NCBI GenBank assembly: GCA_963733295.1
Contig: CAVTCS010000003.1
Location: forward strand, 736,001 to 800,000
Direction of reading: 5' to 3'
DNA length: 64,000 nt
DNA from: Vulcanimicrobiota bacterium
Lineage (GTDB): Bacteria > Vulcanimicrobiota > Vulcanimicrobiia > Vulcanimicrobiales > Vulcanimicrobiaceae
This document shows, in pieces, positions 60,604 to 64,000 of this stretch. A model generated the notes under the pieces. It saw only the letters and a list, made by a program, of their open reading frames with translations, had not been told where the DNA came from and did not search any database. The position numbers and the translations under genes are program-made. Position 1 is the stretch's first letter; the number at the start of each line of letters is the position of its first letter.

Positions 60604-62354
60604 ACCAGACTGAGGAGCGGCGTGTCCGCTTCGACCGTGGCGCCTTTCTCGACGTGAACCGCCGCGACGTTTCCCGCACGATGCGCGCGAATCTCATTCA
60701 TCATCTTCATCGCCTCGACGATGGCGACGACTTGCCCTTCGCTTACCGAGTCGCCCGGAGCGACGGGAATCTCGACGACGACGCCGTGCATCGGCGCGAG
60801 CACCGAGTTGCCGCTCCGGCCGTTGCCTGCGCCGGAGCGTGCGCGCGCCGCAGGCGGTCTGGCGGGGAGAGCGCGCGGTCCCGAGTTACGCATCGGCCCA
60901 TCGAGCATGCGGACCCGGAAGAGCTTGTCGTTGACTTCGACGCGGATGACACTGGACGGCGACGCCGCTGCGGGGCTTTCGCCCTCGTCGAGTAGGCGTC
61001 GCGGCGCCGGCTTCCAACTCGCGGCGAAATTCTCCAGTGTCGCGGTTCCGTAGCTTGCGTCGGCAACTGCGGGTGCGTCGTTCAAGTCGCGCAAGAAGGG
61101 CAACGTCGTCGGCACGCCCTCGATCGCATACTCGTCGATGGCGCGACGCAGACGCGCGCGCGCCTGGTCGCGCGTCGGCGCCCAAACGACGAGTTTCGCG
61201 ATCATGGAGTCGTAAGCGGAGCCGATGACGCTTCCGGGTCCGGCCGCGGCGTCGACGCGAACCCCGGGACCGCCGGGCTCGCGGTAGCGCGCGATCGTGC
61301 CCGGCGCGGGACGAAAACCGTTTGCGGGATCCTCGGCGTTGACGCGAACCTCGATCGCATGGCCACGGAACGAGATGTCCTCTTGGCGATAACCGAGCGG
61401 CTCGCCGGCGGCGACGCGAAGCTGCTCGCGGACGAGGTCGAGGCCGCTCACCATTTCGCTAATCGTATGCTCGACTTGGATGCGCGTGTTCATCTCGAGA
61501 AAGAAGAACTCGTCGCCGGAAACGAGCGTTTCGATCGTGCCGGCGCTGTCGTAACCGATCGCGCGCGCGGCACGAACGCCGGCCTCTCGTAATTTGGCCC
61601 GCAGCGGTTCGTCGATGCGAGCCGGCGTTTCTTCGTAGAGCTTTTGGTGGCGACGCTGGAGCGAACAGTCGCGCTCGCCGACGTGGACGACCCCTCCGTG
61701 CTTATCGGCGAGCAGTTGAAGTTCGACGTGCTTGGGATCGATCAGGTAGCGTTCGGCGTAGAGCGCGGGGTTCTTGAAATACGCCTCGGCTTCACGCCGC
61801 GCGTTGACGAAGGCCGATTCGATTTCCGCCTCGCTGTGCGCGATCTTCAAACCTTTGCCGCCGCCGCCGCCTGAGGCTTTGAGCGCGAGCGGCAAACCGT
61901 ACTCGCGCGCCGCGCGCACTGCGTCTGCGACCGTTTCCAGAGCCTCGCTTCCGCCCGGAACGACCGGCACGCCGGCCGCGATCATCGCTCGCCGGGCGCT
62001 CAGCTTATCGCCCATCGCGGCGATCGCCGCGGGGTGCGGTCCAACCCAAACGAGTCCGGCTTCCTCGACCGCGCGCGCGAAAGCGGCGTTCTCGGCGAGG
62101 AAACCGTAGCCCGGATGCACGGCGTCCGCGCCCGAGCGCGCGGCGATCTCGAGAAGCTTGGCGACGTTCAGATAGCTTTCCGCCGGCGAAGCGGGTCCGA
62201 GCAGGTAAGCCTCATCGGCGTACCGCACGTGGGCCGAGTCGCGGTCCGCTTCCGAATAAACCGCGACCGTTGCGAGACCCATTTCGCGCGCCGTCCGCAT
62301 TACGCGCAGCGCGATCTCGCCCCGGTTGGCGATCAAGAGCTTGCTGAGGCTCAT
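60600..62354 (-). CDS. Acyl-CoA carboxylase alpha subunit (biotin carboxylase plus biotin carrier)
   Basis: LIANRGEIA, HPGYGFLAEN, GGGGKG, RDCSLQRRHQK, EMNTRIQVEH, C-terminal EAMKM. Confidence 0.96.
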   Translation of the reverse strand: MSLSKLLIANRGEIALRVMRTAREMGLATVAVYSEADRDSAHVRYADEAYLLGPASPAESYLNVAKLLEIAARSGADAVHPGYGFLAENAAFARAVEEAGLVWVGPHPAAIAAMGDKLSARRAMIAAGVPVVPGGSEALETVADAVRAAREYGLPLALKASGGGGGKGLKIAHSEAEIESAFVNARREAEAYFKNPALYAERYLIDPKHVELQLLADKHGGVVHVGERDCSLQRRHQKLYEETPARIDEPLRAKLREAGVRAARAIGYDSAGTIETLVSGDEFFFLEMNTRIQVEHTISEMVSGLDLVREQLRVAAGEPLGYRQEDISFRGHAIEVRVNAEDPANGFRPAPGTIARYREPGGPGVRVDAAAGPGSVIGSAYDSMIAKLVVWAPTRDQARARLRRAIDEYAIEGVPTTLPFLRDLNDAPAVADASYGTATLENFAASWKPAPRRLLDEGESPAAASPSSVIRVEVNDKLFRVRMLDGPMRNSGPRALPARPPAARARSGAGNGRSGNSVLAPMHGVVVEIPVAPGDSVSEGQVVAIVEAMKMMNEIRAHRAGNVAAVHVEKGATVEADTPLLSLV

Positions 62355-62506
62355 CGCGCGGATGCCGCGTCGTCGTCGTACGCGCGTCCGGCCGCGCGCC
62401 AACGGGAAGGCGCGGGCGGCTCGGCACCCGGTCCAACCGCTTTCAGCGCCGCGACGATCGCCGCCAACTCGTCCTTCGTCGGGACCGGCTCGACCTCGAG
62501 CGGCAT
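62351..62506 (-). CDS. Acyl-CoA carboxylase epsilon-subunit-like small protein (51 aa)
   Basis: MPLEVEPVPTKDELAAIVAALKAVGPGAEPPAPSRWRAAGRAYDDDAASAR; stop/start overlaps with both neighbours. Confidence 0.75.
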   Translation of the reverse strand: MPLEVEPVPTKDELAAIVAALKAVGPGAEPPAPSRWRAAGRAYDDDAASAR

Positions 62507-63294
62507 CAGTTCGTCGGCGGCTCCGGCAGCATGCCCATCGCGTGATAGCCCGAGTCGACGAAGTGAACGTCGGCGGTGACCGCGCGCGAAAGATCCGAAG
62601 CGAGGTAGACGGCCGTGTTCGCGACGTCGTCAGCGCTGATGCTGCGCCGTAAAGGCGCGGCGGCGGCTACCTTTCCGATCATGCTCTTGAAGTCTTTGAC
62701 TTGACGCGAACTCGCCGTGCTGATCGGACCGGCCGAGATCGCGTTGACCCGGATGCCGCGCTCGCCTAAGTCGAAGGCCAAATACCGTACGATCGATTCG
62801 AGCGCCGCTTTGGCGATGCCCGCGACGTTGTAGTTCGGCACGATTGCCGTCGAGCCGAGATAGGTTAGCGCCATGATACTGGCGCCGTCCGACAAGACCT
62901 CGCGCAGGGCATTCGTCAAGGCGATCAGCGAGAACGACGAGATGTCGAGAGCCTGCGTAAAGCCGGCGCGCGACGTCGAGTAGACCTTCCCGGCGAGATC
63001 TTCCTTATTAACGAAGGCGATGCAATGCAGGAGGACGTCCAGGTGACCGTAATCGCGCGAGACTCCGGCGGCGAGGTCGCGCAGCTGCTCGTCGGAGGTG
63101 ACGTCGCACGGATAGACCTTTCCGCCACCCAGCTCAGCGGCAAGTTTTTCGACTTCGTCCTGCACCCGCTCGCCCTGATAGACGAACGCGAGCGTCGCGC
63201 CGTGGGCGTGGAACGCGCGGGCGATCGCCGTTGCGATGCTCCAGCGATTCGCGACTCCCGTGATGAGCGCGACCTTACCGTCTAATAACCCCAT
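62506..63294 (-). CDS. fabI: Enoyl-ACP reductase (NADH)
   Basis: GVANRWSIA, ALDISSFSL, LTYLGS...PNYNVAGIAKAALE, RVNAISAGPI. Confidence 0.95.
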   Translation of the reverse strand: MGLLDGKVALITGVANRWSIATAIARAFHAHGATLAFVYQGERVQDEVEKLAAELGGGKVYPCDVTSDEQLRDLAAGVSRDYGHLDVLLHCIAFVNKEDLAGKVYSTSRAGFTQALDISSFSLIALTNALREVLSDGASIMALTYLGSTAIVPNYNVAGIAKAALESIVRYLAFDLGERGIRVNAISAGPISTASSRQVKDFKSMIGKVAAAAPLRRSISADDVANTAVYLASDLSRAVTADVHFVDSGYHAMGMLPEPPTN

Positions 63295-63352
63295 CCGTCG
63301 AATATGACGACCTCGCGCGGCGGATGCCCTGCTTGCTCGGGGAGTGCCGGTC

Positions 63353-64000
63353 CTACAGCGGGATATTGCCGTGCTTGCGCTTGGGCCGTTCCACGCGTTT
63401 GTCGGCGAGCATCCTCAGCGCGCGTGACACGACTTGGCGCGTGCGGCTCGCTTCGATCACGTCGTCGATGTAGCCGCGCTCGGCGGCGATGAACGGGTTG
63501 GCGAAGCGGCGCTCGTAGTCGGCGATCAGCTCCGCAGCTTTCTCGGCTGGATCGGCAGCTTCCGCGATCTCGCGCCGGAAGATGGTCTTCACCGCGCCGG
63601 GAGCGCCCATCACCGCGATTTCGGCGGTCGGCCACGCCACGTTGTAGTCGGCCCGGATATGCTTTGAGGCCATGACGTCGTATGCGCCGCCGTACGCCTT
63701 GCGCGTTATCACGGTGATCTTCGGAACCGTCGCTTCGGCGAAAGCGTACAGGAGCTTCGCGCCGTGTTTGATGATGCCGCCGTACTCTTGTCCCGTGCCC
63801 GGCAGGAAACCCGGCACGTCGACGAAGGTGAGCAGCGGAATGTTGAAGGCGTCGCAAAAGCGCACGAAGCGGGCCGCTTTGATCGACGAAGCGATGTCCA
63901 AGACGCCCGCCAAACGCATCGGCTGGTTGGCGACGATGCCCACGCTCGAACCCGCGATTCGCCCGAACCCGATGACGATGTTCTGCGCGTGAAGTTCGCC
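63353..64000 (-). CDS. Acyl-CoA carboxylase carboxyltransferase beta subunit (PccB/AccD type; 5' partial)
   Basis: [44 protein letters not shown]. Confidence 0.96.
   Translation of the reverse strand, partial: GELHAQNIVIGFGRIAGSSVGIVANQPMRLAGVLDIASSIKAARFVRFCDAFNIPLLTFVDVPGFLPGTGQEYGGIIKHGAKLLYAFAEATVPKITVITRKAYGGAYDVMASKHIRADYNVAWPTAEIAVMGAPGAVKTIFRREIAEAADPAEKAAELIADYERRFANPFIAAERGYIDDVIEASRTRQVVSRALRMLADKRVERPKRKHGNIPL

Overview
High-GC bacterial chromosomal window. Gene content and paralogue style (cyclase/BTAD-ATPase-TPR regulators, double-DTG aspartyl proteases, TonB-dependent receptors, actinobacterial-type carboxylase) suggest Candidatus Eremiobacterota/Vulcanimicrobiota; this is inference only. 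Housekeeping blocks: etfBA-TPR-deacetylase-MauE-TlpA; ECF sigma/zinc anti-sigma/MucB-RseB; ahcY-metK; peptidoglycan recycling (nagZ, serine hydrolase, anmK, sugar kinase, murQ); and acyl-CoA carboxylase beta-fabI-epsilon-alpha with methylmalonyl-CoA mutase and epimerase. There are two tRNAs (Leu-TAA, Asn-GTT), and an accessory-looking stretch follows tRNA-Asn. The most interesting signal occurs twice: a multi-pass membrane ORF ending in GRAPP (a ribosome-arrest-type motif) lies directly upstream of a TonB-dependent receptor, and the RAPP-coding nucleotides are complementary to the receptor's Shine-Dalgarno. This suggests a translation-arrest-controlled uptake switch whose leaders lack the CXXC of CruR/DUF2946. 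Also seen: candidate operators for DtxR/MntR-, TrmB-, SARP- and ArsR-type regulators, an unannotated epsilon subunit, and three +1 frameshifts that are probably sequencing errors. No CRISPR array, rRNA, integrase or transposase was recognised.
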